Assembly: GCA_024698685.1 (NCBI GenBank)
Contig: JAILQZ010000012.1
Coordinates: 1-61,456 of the forward strand
From: a bacterium
GTDB lineage: Bacteria; Actinomycetota; Coriobacteriia; Coriobacteriales; CADBOM01
Length of the DNA: 61,456 bases
Direction of reading: 5' to 3'
Shown here: positions 61,382-61,456 of the stretch, piece by piece
How positions within the stretch are numbered: position 1 is the stretch's first letter
Layout of the letters: the number at the start of each line of letters is the position of its first letter
Made by a program: the position numbers and the translations under genes
Notes under the pieces: generated by a model
Databases searched by the model: none
Seen by the model: only the letters and a program-made list of their open reading frames with translations
Told to the model about the DNA's origin: nothing

Positions 61382-61456
61382 GTCAACGGGCAGTGACGAT
61401 TCCATAACGCTTTCCTCGGGTATGAAATTGGCCACAGTGGCTATCGTGTTGTTCAC

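Overview
High-GC bacterial chromosomal window, most consistent with a Coriobacteriia (Eggerthellaceae-like) anaerobe; this is inferred from gene content, codon bias and the dominance of TAG stops. It holds about 55 CDS and one tRNA-Leu(CAA), with no integrase, transposase, prophage or CRISPR array. The first third is housekeeping (ddl, rpsT, rpsP-khpA-rimM-trmD-lepB-glyQS). The rest is anaerobic metabolism and transport: a Vor-type 2-oxoacid:ferredoxin oxidoreductase with an XRE-cupin regulator and acyl-CoA synthetase, two paralogous Mop-type molybdenum aldehyde oxidoreductases, a flavin oxidoreductase, citrate synthase and several transporters. The strongest lead is a candidate Mg2+-homeostasis module: an unannotated leader ORF (MWTISVTVISPLGLL) with a structured UTR, then an MgtE-like protein whose pore motifs are lost, then an NRMT-type NRAMP. 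Other leads are an intact but catalytically dead aldehyde dehydrogenase, patchwork identity between the two Mop paralogs, a Maf/5-formyl-THF cyclo-ligase fusion, an orphan CExxHGH-type QueD and an inverted repeat before ferritin. All calls come from motif recognition by eye; no searches were run.
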